From sequence record PZ386980.1: 64,000 nt of DNA; one strand, 5' to 3'. Source of the DNA: a phage. How positions within the stretch are numbered: the first letter of the stretch is position 1; every line of letters begins with the position of its first letter. A model generated the notes under the pieces. The model did no database searches. It saw nothing but the letters and a program-made list of their open reading frames with translations, and had not been told where the DNA came from. Below are positions 37,815 through 47,272 of this stretch, one piece after another. Both the position numbers and the translations under genes were made by a program.

Positions 37815-38774
37815 TCACTTCCACTGCATTTCACATGCTAACTGAATGAAAAGATAAGCTAAATGCAATTCAGTATTAGCTGCAATACCATGATACTGAT
37901 TATTTTCGCCGACAATTTCGTACATACGAATAATACTCTGTGGAGTTACACGTGAATAGATTTCTTCGGCAAGTTTACCCACGAACCACGAATAATCGGC
38001 TGCATATTTTGGTGCTAAAGCTCTGAGTTGTTTAACATCTTTATTTTTGAGAGACTCAAGAACATCATCAATAGCACCACGATCGTTAGTAACCAGTGAT
38101 AAAATACCAGCATCCAAAACACCTTTAGATGAATAACTATCGAGCTCGCCAATAGTTTTACGAAAATCAGGAAAATTCTTTTTAACCAAAGCTGCTACAA
38201 CTTTCATATCAGCTATAGCAATTCCTTCATGCTTGCAGATTTCAGTCAATCGACGAATCATCTGCTTCATCATTTCAATTTTATCTTCATCGGTCGGTTG
38301 ACCGAACGTAATAACTCGGCAGCGTGACTGAAGCGGTTTAATAATACCATCAATATTGTTAGCAGTAATAATAATACTACAGTTTGAACTATAAGCTTCC
38401 ATAAAGGAACGAAGATGTCGCTGAGACTCTGCTAATCCTGAGCGGTCAAATTCATCAATAACGATTACTTTTTGACGACCATCAAATGAAGCGGCGCTGG
38501 CAAAATTAGTCAAAGGACCACGAACGAAATCAATTTTACAGTCTGATCCATTCACAAACATCATATCAGCATTTACATCATGACACAATGCTTTTGCTAC
38601 AGTTGTTTTACCTGTTCCTGGAGAAGGAGAATGAAGAATAATATGTGGAATCTTACCTTTACTTGTAATAGATTTAAAGGTTTCTTTATCAAAGGCGGGA
38701 AGAATACATTCATCGATAGTAGATGGACGATATTTCTGTTCAAGAATGTGTTCTTTTTCATTTACGGTAATCAT
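37815..38774 (-). CDS. 44: clamp-loader large subunit (AAA+)
   Basis: 319 aa from [17 protein letters not shown]; Walker A GTGKTT; matches T4 gp44. Confidence 0.9.
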
Positions 38775-38825
38775 AATTTCCTCATTCAAGTTTTAGTGTA
38801 AATTATAAAGGGCCGAAGCCCTCTA

Positions 38826-39512
38826 TTAAAAATCGTGGGTAGAATCAGCTTCAAGAGCTACTACATAATTCGCGTGTTCACCTTCAAATTTAGCAGCGCC
38901 TTGTTTACCTTTTGCCCAGAGCAGAAGTTTATAATTTCCTGGTTGCATTTTCATATTTGCCATATTGATAATGAAATTAAATGTATTTTCACCATCATAA
39001 TCACCAAGAGTCAAAGAATATTTAACACGGGTAAGAGCAGAATCTTCTACTTTATTAAAACCATTAATTACGATTTTACCTTCTTTTACCGTGATAGCAA
39101 TTGTATCAATTTGCAGACCACGAGATACACGCAACAGTTGTTGAAGGTCTTCAGCTTTAATTTCAGTAACAACAGATGCTACCGGGAATGGAATTGGTTT
39201 ATTAGGAGCAACTACTGTACTCGGATCGGCTGCTGGCCAAAAAATTGTTGAGCGGGCATCAGCAATTTTAATATTTCCATCTTCTGACTGGGAAATTTCT
39301 GCATCATCATTAACTAGAGACAGAATACCGAGAAAACCGTTCAAATCGTAAATTGCTACATCAAAATCAATAACGTCAGAAATATTTGCTTCCGCGTAAG
39401 TTGTACCATTAACTGCGCGAGTCATAATAAATTGACCGGATTTAAGCATAATGCCAGAGTTAATAGTAGCGAAATTTTTAAGCAGAGCAGTAGTATCTTT
39501 AGACAGTTTCAT
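38826..39512 (-). CDS. 45: sliding clamp
   Basis: 228 aa, MKLSKDTTALLKNFATINSGIMLKSGQFIMTRAVNG...; matches T4 gp45. Confidence 0.92.
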   Translation of the reverse strand: MKLSKDTTALLKNFATINSGIMLKSGQFIMTRAVNGTTYAEANISDVIDFDVAIYDLNGFLGILSLVNDDAEISQSEDGNIKIADARSTIFWPAADPSTVVAPNKPIPFPVASVVTEIKAEDLQQLLRVSRGLQIDTIAITVKEGKIVINGFNKVEDSALTRVKYSLTLGDYDGENTFNFIINMANMKMQPGNYKLLLWAKGKQGAAKFEGEHANYVVALEADSTHDF

Positions 39513-39539
39513 GTAATTTCCTTCAATTCAAATGAGATT

Positions 39540-39570
39540 TAATTTTATAACTAATTTAATAAAGCAATTA
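39540..39570 (-). promoter_or_regulatory. candidate MotA-dependent middle promoter for gene 45
   Basis: minus strand ATTGCTTTA - 10 nt - TATAAA. Confidence 0.35.
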
Positions 39571-39957
39571 ACGATTAAAATCAGTTGCGATTGTTTCGGC
39601 AACAATTTGTGCAGCAACAATTAGACGTTCATCTGCATTACCGCAATAATCATCTTCAAGGCGTTCACCACATGAAGTCATAATAAATTTAGCACCGGCG
39701 TTTAGGGATTCTGTAGTATGTTTGCGCATTAGTTCAATCCATTTATTACTTACTTCACGATCGATAGCTTCATAATACGCATGACGAGCAGGTGCAGATT
39801 TAATTTTGTTCTGAATAACTTCCATTGCGTTATCAGAAAGAGACAAAACCCATGCGCGACGAATTTTATTTTGGTTTTGTGGATTTGATTCAGAACGCAC
39901 GTGTTTTGGCTGAATATCTTTTACATCAACAGTATAATTCACAGTAATTTTAGTCAT
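39568..39957 (-). CDS. rpbA: RpbA RNA-polymerase-binding protein
   Basis: 129 aa, directly upstream of gene 45 as in T4. Confidence 0.75.
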   Translation of the reverse strand: MTKITVNYTVDVKDIQPKHVRSESNPQNQNKIRRAWVLSLSDNAMEVIQNKIKSAPARHAYYEAIDREVSNKWIELMRKHTTESLNAGAKFIMTSCGERLEDDYCGNADERLIVAAQIVAETIATDFNR

Positions 39958-39966
39958 AATACACCT

Positions 39967-40158
39967 TTAGTCATAATAATCAGTAACAGTCCAAGCTTCA
40001 TTTCTATTGGACATTATTTTTGTATATTCTGCTTTAAATGCATTCCTAAGCATAGATTCAGTAACTATATGCTCTTCATTAGAAAAATTATTTCTCAGAA
40101 TATATCGTTTTATTTCAGGAAAAGTTAATAAATGCTGTCCAGTTGAATATTCTGCCAC
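39967..40158 (-). CDS. hypothetical protein (63 aa; 45.2 position)
   Basis: ORF track. Confidence 0.5.
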   Translation of the reverse strand: MAEYSTGQHLLTFPEIKRYILRNNFSNEEHIVTESMLRNAFKAEYTKIMSNRNEAWTVTDYYD

Positions 40159-40168
40159 AGTTCCTCCG

Positions 40169-40176
40169 TATAAATA
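40169..40176 (+). promoter_or_regulatory. candidate late promoter (TATAAATA) for the HNH gene
   Basis: exact TATAAATA on the plus strand 34 nt upstream of ATG 40210; AAAAGGA SD in between. Confidence 0.45.
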
Positions 40177-40209
40177 TGTTTATCACTCGCTGTATCAAAA
40201 GGATATGTT

Positions 40210-40923
40210 ATGAATTATAAACTAATTTATGAAAAGTTAATCTCTAATGCTAAATCTCGAAAACTTGATTGCTATACTGAATCTCATCACATTATACCAC
40301 GCTGTTTAAATGGCAGCGATGATGCTTCAAACTTAGTAGATTTAACACCGGAAGAGCACTATGTAGCTCATCAACTTTTAGTAAAAATTTATCCTTCTGA
40401 ACCAAAATTAATCTATGCTGCTAACATGATGACAGTTTCCACGAAATACGCTAAACGTAACAATAAAACTTTCGGTTGGATTCGTCGTAAACTCTGGGAA
40501 ATAGAAAAGAATAAAGAATTCTCCCAGGAGACACGAAAGAAAATGTCTGATGCAGTAGCTAATAAAGCAAGACTAACTTGTCCACATTGCGGTAAGTCCG
40601 GATTAAGCGGGAATATGAATCGATGGCATTTTGATAACTGCCCGAATCACCCTAATCCTAAAGTTAGACCACCGATGTCTAAAGAACACAGAAATAATAT
40701 CTCAAACGGGCTTAAAGCAATCATTCTTGAAGAAACATCCTGCGAATTCTGCGGAATGATAGGCAAGAAATGCGTTATTGCAGCGCATAGAAATTTCTGC
40801 AAGAAAAATCCAAATGGACGCAAGAAAACTGAAAAGACTGGTACTTGCGTCCATTGTGGTAAAGTTACCACTTTCGGAAATTTATCAAGGTGGCATAATG
40901 ATAACTGTAAGCACAAACATTAA
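40210..40923 (+). CDS. free-standing HNH homing endonuclease (237 aa), plus strand
   Basis: HNH motif ESHHIIPRCLNGSDDASNLVDLTPEEHYVAH; two C-terminal repeats CPHCGK...NMNRWHFDNC / CVHCGK...NLSRWHNDNC. Confidence 0.75.
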   Translation: MNYKLIYEKLISNAKSRKLDCYTESHHIIPRCLNGSDDASNLVDLTPEEHYVAHQLLVKIYPSEPKLIYAANMMTVSTKYAKRNNKTFGWIRRKLWEIEKNKEFSQETRKKMSDAVANKARLTCPHCGKSGLSGNMNRWHFDNCPNHPNPKVRPPMSKEHRNNISNGLKAIILEETSCEFCGMIGKKCVIAAHRNFCKKNPNGRKKTEKTGTCVHCGKVTTFGNLSRWHNDNCKHKH

Positions 40924-42608
40924 TTAATAGTGGCAACACTAAATCTACCAACTTTTTCCATTTTAATATGCTGTCCATAATCCTGCGGATCATGGTCTTT
41001 ATGCGAAATTATGAAGAAGTTGGTATCCTTCAAACCATCTAAAATTTTAGCTACATTTTTAATGCCTTCAGCATCAAATGCACCGTCATACACTTCATCA
41101 AGAAATAAACAACTTATTTTAACACCTGAAACTTTTTCAGCAATATCACGCCAAGTAAATAAAAGAGCAATATCAATTCGCGCTTTTTCACCTTGACTGA
41201 ATGAAGCATAACTAAAATCTTCACGACCACGGGATTTAATTGTCTCATTAAATTCTTCATCTAATGTAAACACATAATCCGCTTCCATTATTTTAAGATA
41301 ATGGTTAATCTGCTTATTAAATAATGGAATGTACTTTTTAATAATAGCACCTTTAATACCAGAATCTTTGAGCATATCAGTCAAAATTCCTCGGTGGTAT
41401 TTTTCCATTACTAAATTAGTTTTTGTCTTAACAATTTTATCAAGTTCTTCTTGAAGCAGTGCTATTTCATCAGCATGGTCAATAAACTCAGAAGATGCTT
41501 TTTCTATAGCTGCTTTAACTTTTTTAGCTTTATCTACCGTCGTGATTAGAGATTGCTTTTTATTGCGAATATCATTTGCCAACGACTGCTGAGTTTTAAT
41601 ATTATCTCGGTATTCATCAACAAGAACTTTTAAATTATCACGGTGTGTTGAAAGCTGTTCAAACGAATGCGTACATTCAGAAACTTTATCTTTAATTTTA
41701 GAAACAACTTTATCACCGGAACTTAATTGTGACAAACAGGTTGGACATAATCCACCTTCGTGATACATATTAATGACTTTATTATACGAGTCAATTTTTG
41801 ATTTAATTAAAACTGCTTCTTGACCGATTTTATTAAACGCATCAGTCGGATCTTCATCCAAAACAATATTAACTAATCTTTCATTAGCTTCTTCTATTTC
41901 CGATTTTAGCGTTCTAGCTTCTTTTGCCAAATCATCATACATATTTTGCAGACGAGTAAGATTGTCACCCGTTAATTTTTTCTGGCGTTCAACGTTATCA
42001 TTATATATTTTAATTTGTTGGATAATACTATCTTTTTTAACATCAAGCACTTGGTTCTGCGAATTTAATTCACGTATTAGTGCTTTATTAAGCTTATCCA
42101 TTTCAGCTAATGTTCCTACCTCAAGCAGGTCTTCCACAAGCTTTCTTCGTGCAGGGGTCGACAAACCCATGAAAGGGGTATACCCTGCTGTACCAAGGAC
42201 AACAATCTGCTTGAAACTGGCATATGACATTCCGATAAGCTGTTCAAATTCTGCTTGGAAATCTTTACTGCTGGCAGATTCATTAAGACGTGTACCGTTA
42301 ACGGTGATTTCGAAAACGTTTGGTTTTTGTCCTCTTTTGATATAGTACTTTTTCTCATCATATTCCATCCACAGTTCAACTAAAAGTTCTTTCTTATTTG
42401 TGCTGTTTATTAATTGACCTTTCTTTACATCACGAAATGGCTTACCAAAAAGCCCAAATGTGATGGCTTCTAACATAGTAGACTTACCACCGCCATTTCG
42501 TCCAGTAATAAGAGTTTTTTGAACCTTATCTAATTGAATGTCAACTCCATTTTGACCAACTGACATTATATTTTTATATTTTACTCTATTAAGTTTAAAT
42601 GATTTCAT
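40920..42608 (-). CDS. 46: recombination nuclease ATPase subunit (Rad50/SbcC-like)
   Basis: 562 aa; Walker A GRNGGGKST, long coiled coil, CPTC hook, C-terminal ABC signature; matches T4 gp46. Confidence 0.9.
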   Translation of the reverse strand: MKSFKLNRVKYKNIMSVGQNGVDIQLDKVQKTLITGRNGGGKSTMLEAITFGLFGKPFRDVKKGQLINSTNKKELLVELWMEYDEKKYYIKRGQKPNVFEITVNGTRLNESASSKDFQAEFEQLIGMSYASFKQIVVLGTAGYTPFMGLSTPARRKLVEDLLEVGTLAEMDKLNKALIRELNSQNQVLDVKKDSIIQQIKIYNDNVERQKKLTGDNLTRLQNMYDDLAKEARTLKSEIEEANERLVNIVLDEDPTDAFNKIGQEAVLIKSKIDSYNKVINMYHEGGLCPTCLSQLSSGDKVVSKIKDKVSECTHSFEQLSTHRDNLKVLVDEYRDNIKTQQSLANDIRNKKQSLITTVDKAKKVKAAIEKASSEFIDHADEIALLQEELDKIVKTKTNLVMEKYHRGILTDMLKDSGIKGAIIKKYIPLFNKQINHYLKIMEADYVFTLDEEFNETIKSRGREDFSYASFSQGEKARIDIALLFTWRDIAEKVSGVKISCLFLDEVYDGAFDAEGIKNVAKILDGLKDTNFFIISHKDHDPQDYGQHIKMEKVGRFSVATIN

Positions 42609-42623
42609 TTTGTATCCAATTGT

Positions 42624-42944
42624 TCACAATGAAGAAAATTCTTTAACTAAAGCCTGTAATGAAGCCTCTATTGGATATCCATTCTTAACTAACATTTTCC
42701 TAAACATTACATGTTTAGGACGATTATATGATATCCACAATTCATACAATTTATCTTTATTATCCCAATGATAGCCTTTTCGTCGAGATGCTATATGAGC
42801 TTTTCTAATCTCCGGATTTTTCCAACTAGCAGCTACTGAATTTGATATAGCTATTTTATATTCAGGTTTTGATAAAGCAGCACGAACAGCCTTTTGGTGT
42901 TTAATTTTATTTTCTTCGTTATTAAACCATTCCCTTGAAGCCAT
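42624..42944 (-). CDS. NUMOD-like DNA-binding repeat module, out of frame with the upstream HNH ORF
   Basis: 106 aa with repeated K/R-rich motifs (KHQKAVRAALSKPEYK, RKAHIASRRKG); overlaps 42851-43477 by 94 nt in another frame. Confidence 0.4.
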   Translation of the reverse strand: MASREWFNNEENKIKHQKAVRAALSKPEYKIAISNSVAASWKNPEIRKAHIASRRKGYHWDNKDKLYELWISYNRPKHVMFRKMLVKNGYPIEASLQALVKEFSSL

Positions 42945-43477
42945 TGAAATTTTTGTTTTGTTTTAAAATTATTTAATCTTTCTTTATTATCTTTCCTATT
43001 TTTTGCTACTGAAAAATATTTTAATGCCCTTTCTCTAGCAGCATTTCTATTTTGCGGATTTGAATAATACTGTTGAAGCCTTTTTGATATTGTGTCACTT
43101 ACATCTTGTTTTATAAAACTATATTCAGCAGCTATTAAATCAACTTCGGCTAAAGATAAATTTTTATATGTTTTTCCTGACATCATTCTATTTAAAGCAT
43201 TTAGCATTTTTCCATTTTTACCTTTTGCTAATAAGAAGTGTGCTTTAAAATGATTAAAATGACTTAAATTAACTAAATTCCATGTAGATTTTAAATATTC
43301 AGGAAATATTGATTTAGGAAGCACGTGGTGTGCTTCCGTTTTACCTGGAGTTTTAACAGTTGAATTCACAGAAATAAAATTAATGTAAGACTTGGCGTCT
43401 TCTTCACTCAACGCTAATTTTTCAACTAATTCCTTTATTAAAAATTCATCATTAATGTCAAGTTTAAAATTCTTCAC
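42851..43477 (-). CDS. HNH homing endonuclease, catalytic part (208 aa)
   Basis: HNH motif EAHHVLPKSIF...NLVNLSHFNHFKAHFLL; track start is GTG. Confidence 0.6.
   Translation of the reverse strand: MKNFKLDINDEFLIKELVEKLALSEEDAKSYINFISVNSTVKTPGKTEAHHVLPKSIFPEYLKSTWNLVNLSHFNHFKAHFLLAKGKNGKMLNALNRMMSGKTYKNLSLAEVDLIAAEYSFIKQDVSDTISKRLQQYYSNPQNRNAARERALKYFSVAKNRKDNKERLNNFKTKQKFQWLQGNGLITKKIKLNTKRLFVLLYQNLNIK
43443..43477. repeat. 35-bp direct repeat, copy 1 (encodes the KNFKLDINDEF start of the HNH gene)
   Basis: aattcatcattaatgtcaagtttaaaattcttcac; 29/35 identical to 43646-43680. Confidence 0.6.
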
Positions 43478-43737
43478 AAAAGATTCCTTTTAATGTATCT
43501 TTTAGACCATTCTATCATATCATCATAATCTAAAAAGTATTCATCAAATTCAGCCATGCAAACAACGCCTTGTGCTGTTTTTGATGTAATATAAATTATT
43601 CCAACATATCTAGAATCTTCTTCGGTATAATCAATATTTGCTATAAATTCATCATTAATGTCAAATGTCGAAAACTTCACAGTATGCATCCTTAATACAA
43701 GATACAGCCATATCTCGTAATGATTTAGGTGTGTCAT
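43474..43737 (-). CDS. hypothetical protein (87 aa; likely shorter, from MHTVKF)
   Basis: contains KFSTFDINDEF, encoded by repeat copy 2. Confidence 0.4.
   Translation of the reverse strand: MTHLNHYEIWLYLVLRMHTVKFSTFDINDEFIANIDYTEEDSRYVGIIYITSKTAQGVVCMAEFDEYFLDYDDMIEWSKRYIKRNLL
43646..43680. repeat. 35-bp direct repeat, copy 2
   Basis: aattcatcattaatgtcaaatgtcgaaaacttcac. Confidence 0.6.
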
Positions 43738-43924
43738 TATCTAAAATGTTGAAGTTAAAAGATACAGCCCAGTCAGTGCAGACCGTAACCTTTTTAATAC
43801 AATTATCTTCAACCTCTAACGGTTCAAACCAATATTCAATAATTTCTTTATGCCCAATATCATCTTTTACTTCGCATTCAAAATGCTGACTCATCATAAC
43901 ATTTTTAAATTCATCAAAAGTCAT
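43661..43924 (-). CDS. hypothetical protein (87 aa)
   Basis: ORF track; ATGA overlap with gene 47. Confidence 0.45.
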   Translation of the reverse strand: MTFDEFKNVMMSQHFECEVKDDIGHKEIIEYWFEPLEVEDNCIKKVTVCTDWAVSFNFNILDNDTPKSLRDMAVSCIKDAYCEVFDI

Positions 43925-44940
43925 TGTGTTGCCTCTACATATAACTGATTTGCATATTGAATAAGTGCTTCGCGGTCAGAATCAGTGATGTCTGGAATTG
44001 CATTAATGTATTCTTCCATCAACGTCTGAAGAGATTGAACTTCAACTTCTTCGCTTTCATCTGACTCGACAGAGTTATCAATTTTTGACACAACTCGTAA
44101 TGAATGCACAACTTTTTCTAGTTCAGATTCGAACTTCGTCAGATTTTTGTCTACCTCAGTTACTATAACACGTACTGATAGATTTGTAAAATCTTTATAG
44201 TCAATTTTTCCTTTAAATGGATAATGAATTCTACGATGCCAGGTAGTATTGTTTGGAATAAATTCCATTCGTTCTGTTTCTGTATCAAACATCCAGAACC
44301 CGCGAGGGTCATTCTCGTCACCTGCAGTTAGTGTCCATGGTGTCCCAATATATCTGACGTTTGCAGCCTCAGAAATAGTATGGAAGTGACCAGACCACAC
44401 TTCTTTATAAGTCTTAAGGAAATCAGGTTCAAGACCGTGAGATTTCATTCCTTTATAAAAATAAAATCCATTCAGTTCCCAGTGACCAACACAAAAAGAA
44501 GCAGATGAAGTTTTTATGTGCTCGAGAATTTCACCAGTATTTTCTTCACACATCCAAGGAATTAAATCAATTAAACATCCGTCAAAATCTACTGTAGTAG
44601 GCTTATCATATACTTTAACATTAGGATATTTAGCCAAAAGCTCAGTAGAGGCATTTGGAGTTAAAGTATTTTTAAAGTGCATATCATGGTTTCCTACAAC
44701 AGTATGTAGGGTAATACCAGCATCATCAAGCATTTGAACTATTTCACGAGCGAACTCCATAGTTTTATGCGTGATTGCTTTTCGCACATCAAAAATATCG
44801 CCATATTGAATCCAGGTAGTAATTCCATTTTTCTTAGAATATTCTATTGCTTGTTTAATTCCATCCAACTGAATGGATTGAACCCACTCGTCATCGGCTT
44901 TAACGCCTAAATGCCAATCACCTAAATTTAAAATTTTCAT
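43921..44940 (-). CDS. 47: recombination nuclease (Mre11/SbcD-like)
   Basis: 339 aa, MKILNLGDWHLGVK...GNHDMHF phosphoesterase motifs; matches T4 gp47. Confidence 0.9.
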   Translation of the reverse strand: MKILNLGDWHLGVKADDEWVQSIQLDGIKQAIEYSKKNGITTWIQYGDIFDVRKAITHKTMEFAREIVQMLDDAGITLHTVVGNHDMHFKNTLTPNASTELLAKYPNVKVYDKPTTVDFDGCLIDLIPWMCEENTGEILEHIKTSSASFCVGHWELNGFYFYKGMKSHGLEPDFLKTYKEVWSGHFHTISEAANVRYIGTPWTLTAGDENDPRGFWMFDTETERMEFIPNNTTWHRRIHYPFKGKIDYKDFTNLSVRVIVTEVDKNLTKFESELEKVVHSLRVVSKIDNSVESDESEEVEVQSLQTLMEEYINAIPDITDSDREALIQYANQLYVEATQ

Positions 44941-45069
44941 ATATCAAGAACCGTCATTGAAATGCAAAATAAAATTATTGAAATAAACCCATCTGGTGTG
45001 CTAAAGAACCCAATCCAACATGCTCTAGTGAATAGATAAAATGCAAGAAAAAGTATCACATATCCAAGA

Positions 45070-45100
45070 AATATCATTATATCAAACTCCGTATAAAGCT
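45070..45100 (-). promoter_or_regulatory. candidate MotA-dependent middle promoter for gene 47
   Basis: minus strand AGCTTTA - 12 nt - TATAAT right after a CUUCGG hairpin at the agt stop. Confidence 0.4.
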
Positions 45101-45116
45101 AAAGGGCCGAAGCCCT

Positions 45117-46319
45117 TTATTTTGTAATAATGTCAAACTGTTCTTTAAAGCAGAAGCTTGAATCTTGATGCTGATACAAAAATTCATAAGCTTTTTCGCG
45201 TTCGCGGTCATAAAGAGTTCGGTCAGATGACAGTTCTTTAATACGTTCAAATGTTGATTCCATGTCATTTTCATCAAACCAAATGATACCGCTATCATGC
45301 GAGGTCAAAGGAGTATTATCAACACGGAATTTTAAATTTTCGCCAGTAGATTTCCAAAATACCGGAATTGTTCCACATGCACCAAGCTCGAGATGAGTAT
45401 ATTCTAAAGAACGTTGTAGATATTTTTTATCCAACTTACTCAACTGATAACCAAAACCGGATTTACTCATACGTTCAAGCATTTCGCTATTTACATAACG
45501 GTCAAGAATTTGCGTTGGCAAATTAGGAGCAATTTTAATTTGGTCTACTTGATGAAGACGATAATACTCGTATGGAATTCCTTTTTCTTTAATAGGAATG
45601 AACGCTGGAGAACGTTCCAGACCTTCCATAATAGTACTTAGTCCTGCAGGTTTAAGATGTTTTTCGTGAAAATCAAACATCTGATAAAAACCTTTCCATG
45701 TAGTCGTACGACCAATCCAACGGTTGATATTCATGTTAATTTCAGAAACATCTTTCCAGTAAGTTGACCGAACCTTCGCAATATCCATAGGAGGCTGAAA
45801 GTTATATACGGTCGGTGCTTCTTCAATATCATCAAACAGAGAAACAGTTTCTGGATACCACTCTTTCATCAGAACTTTATTAAAATCACCATTATCAGAA
45901 TGGCTAAAAATAACATCAGCTCGACGAACAGTTTCTTCTAATCCCAAATTTCGACGCAAAGAAAGAGAAGAATGGTCATGCTGATAAACTACAACACGAA
46001 CAGAAGGTTTAATATTATCAATAATTTTTTTATAGTTATTAATAGTGTCTTCTTCAACCGAAGTAGCAGGAACTGAATTGATAATTAGAATATCACAATC
46101 ATTTACCAGCTTAAGTGTTTTATCGTATTCTTTTGCCAATAAAACCGGAATTGAAAATGATTTATAATCATGCGCGCAATTACGAGTAAATGATTTATCT
46201 TTAGCATAAACCAAAGTCACTTCATGACCATTTTTAATAAACCAATCACGTTGCTCGAGTGAGAATTTTGTTACACCACAACCTTCAAGACCTCGAGCCA
46301 TAAAAATACATACTTTCAT
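45117..46319 (-). CDS. agt: alpha-glucosyltransferase
   Basis: 400 aa, MKVCIFMARGLEGCGVTKFSLEQRDWFIKNGHEVTLVYAKDKSF...; matches T4 alpha-gt. Confidence 0.9.
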   Translation of the reverse strand: MKVCIFMARGLEGCGVTKFSLEQRDWFIKNGHEVTLVYAKDKSFTRNCAHDYKSFSIPVLLAKEYDKTLKLVNDCDILIINSVPATSVEEDTINNYKKIIDNIKPSVRVVVYQHDHSSLSLRRNLGLEETVRRADVIFSHSDNGDFNKVLMKEWYPETVSLFDDIEEAPTVYNFQPPMDIAKVRSTYWKDVSEINMNINRWIGRTTTWKGFYQMFDFHEKHLKPAGLSTIMEGLERSPAFIPIKEKGIPYEYYRLHQVDQIKIAPNLPTQILDRYVNSEMLERMSKSGFGYQLSKLDKKYLQRSLEYTHLELGACGTIPVFWKSTGENLKFRVDNTPLTSHDSGIIWFDENDMESTFERIKELSSDRTLYDREREKAYEFLYQHQDSSFCFKEQFDIITK

Positions 46320-46339
46320 TTAATATCCTCTTTGTTTTG

Positions 46340-46370
46340 GTTTATTTTACCAAAAATTTATAAAGCAATA
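46340..46370 (-). promoter_or_regulatory. candidate MotA-dependent middle promoter for agt
   Basis: minus strand ATTGCTTTA - 11 nt - TAAAAT preceded by GGAGCUUCGGCUCC hairpin. Confidence 0.45.
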
Positions 46371-46385
46371 TAGGAGCCGAAGCTC

Positions 46386-46559
46386 CTATCCACATAATAC
46401 GCCATACAGAGGCTCATTAGAACTTTTAAATTTTATACGCTTATATGTTATAGTTCCTTCTGCTTTAGCTTTATCATGAGACTCTTTAAAGCGTCTCATC
46501 ATTTCCTCTTTAGAGGAACGAATTTTATTATAATCTATTTCAGAAGTCTGGATGTTCAT
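46386..46559 (-). CDS. small hypothetical protein (57 aa)
   Basis: own translation MNIQTSEIDYNKIRSSKEEMMRRFKESHDKAKAEG... Confidence 0.35.
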   Translation of the reverse strand: MNIQTSEIDYNKIRSSKEEMMRRFKESHDKAKAEGTITYKRIKFKSSNEPLYGVLCG

Positions 46560-46562
46560 CTT

Positions 46563-46769
46563 TCATAACTGCCACCATTTTTTGACTTGATAAGAATCAA
46601 CCCACACTTTCATATTAGGGTCTGCTCTTACAATAGGAGGATTAACTTCTTTAATTGAACTATCATGGTATTCTTTTTCAGAAATTTTCACACAAAGATG
46701 ACCATTCAAAGATTCAGTAAATCCTGCATTAATTTTAAGACGCTTGAATTTTACGTGTGTAAGCATCAA
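46563..46769 (-). CDS. hypothetical protein (68 aa)
   Basis: ORF track. Confidence 0.45.
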   Translation of the reverse strand: MMLTHVKFKRLKINAGFTESLNGHLCVKISEKEYHDSSIKEVNPPIVRADPNMKVWVDSYQVKKWWQL

Positions 46770-47052
46770 TCATATCCTCAATCTGCGATCTAGTAGTCTT
46801 CCAAAGAATACTGATAAGTTCATCGTTATATGGCTGTTTTAGAATATCCCGACTTTTCTTGATAGCATATTCGTATTGAGCAAAATTATTATTTTCAGCC
46901 GCAATCTGAGCATGCTTATAAAGACGATTCAGTTCGCGTTTGTTTTTAGACAATAACTTATTTGCTTTTCTTTCTGCTTCAAGACGGTTCTTTTCTTCAA
47001 TAGAAGAAATAAGCTTTTCCACTTCATCATTAATTTCGGGTTTATCAGTCAT
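46735..47052 (-). CDS. hypothetical protein (105 aa)
   Basis: ORF track. Confidence 0.5.
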   Translation of the reverse strand: MTDKPEINDEVEKLISSIEEKNRLEAERKANKLLSKNKRELNRLYKHAQIAAENNNFAQYEYAIKKSRDILKQPYNDELISILWKTTRSQIEDMIDAYTRKIQAS

Positions 47053-47053
47053 A

Positions 47054-47272
47054 TTATTTCTCTAATATAAAATAAAAATCATCATCTGTTAAATGATACC
47101 GATAGTTTAATTCTACACCATTAGATTTAAAAGCGGTATCATACGGATTTTCTGGATCAATATCAATGTCAAGAGCTAAAACTTCCCTGAGATACATTTT
47201 AAGTAAATAGGGAATAGCTTCAACTTCAGGTATTTCTTCCAAGAATCCGGAGAGGTTAATCGTTAGCCTCAT
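47054..47272 (-). CDS. hypothetical protein (72 aa)
   Basis: ORF track. Confidence 0.5.

Noticed and set aside
38835-39251. 138-aa plus-strand ORF inside the sliding clamp gene
   Set aside because: Lies entirely antisense within gene 45; no start context.
41962-42345. 127-aa plus-strand ORF inside gene 46
   Set aside because: Antisense within a confidently identified gene.
45077-45298. 73-aa ORF overlapping the 3' end of agt
   Set aside because: Alternative frame inside the alpha-glucosyltransferase gene; no support.
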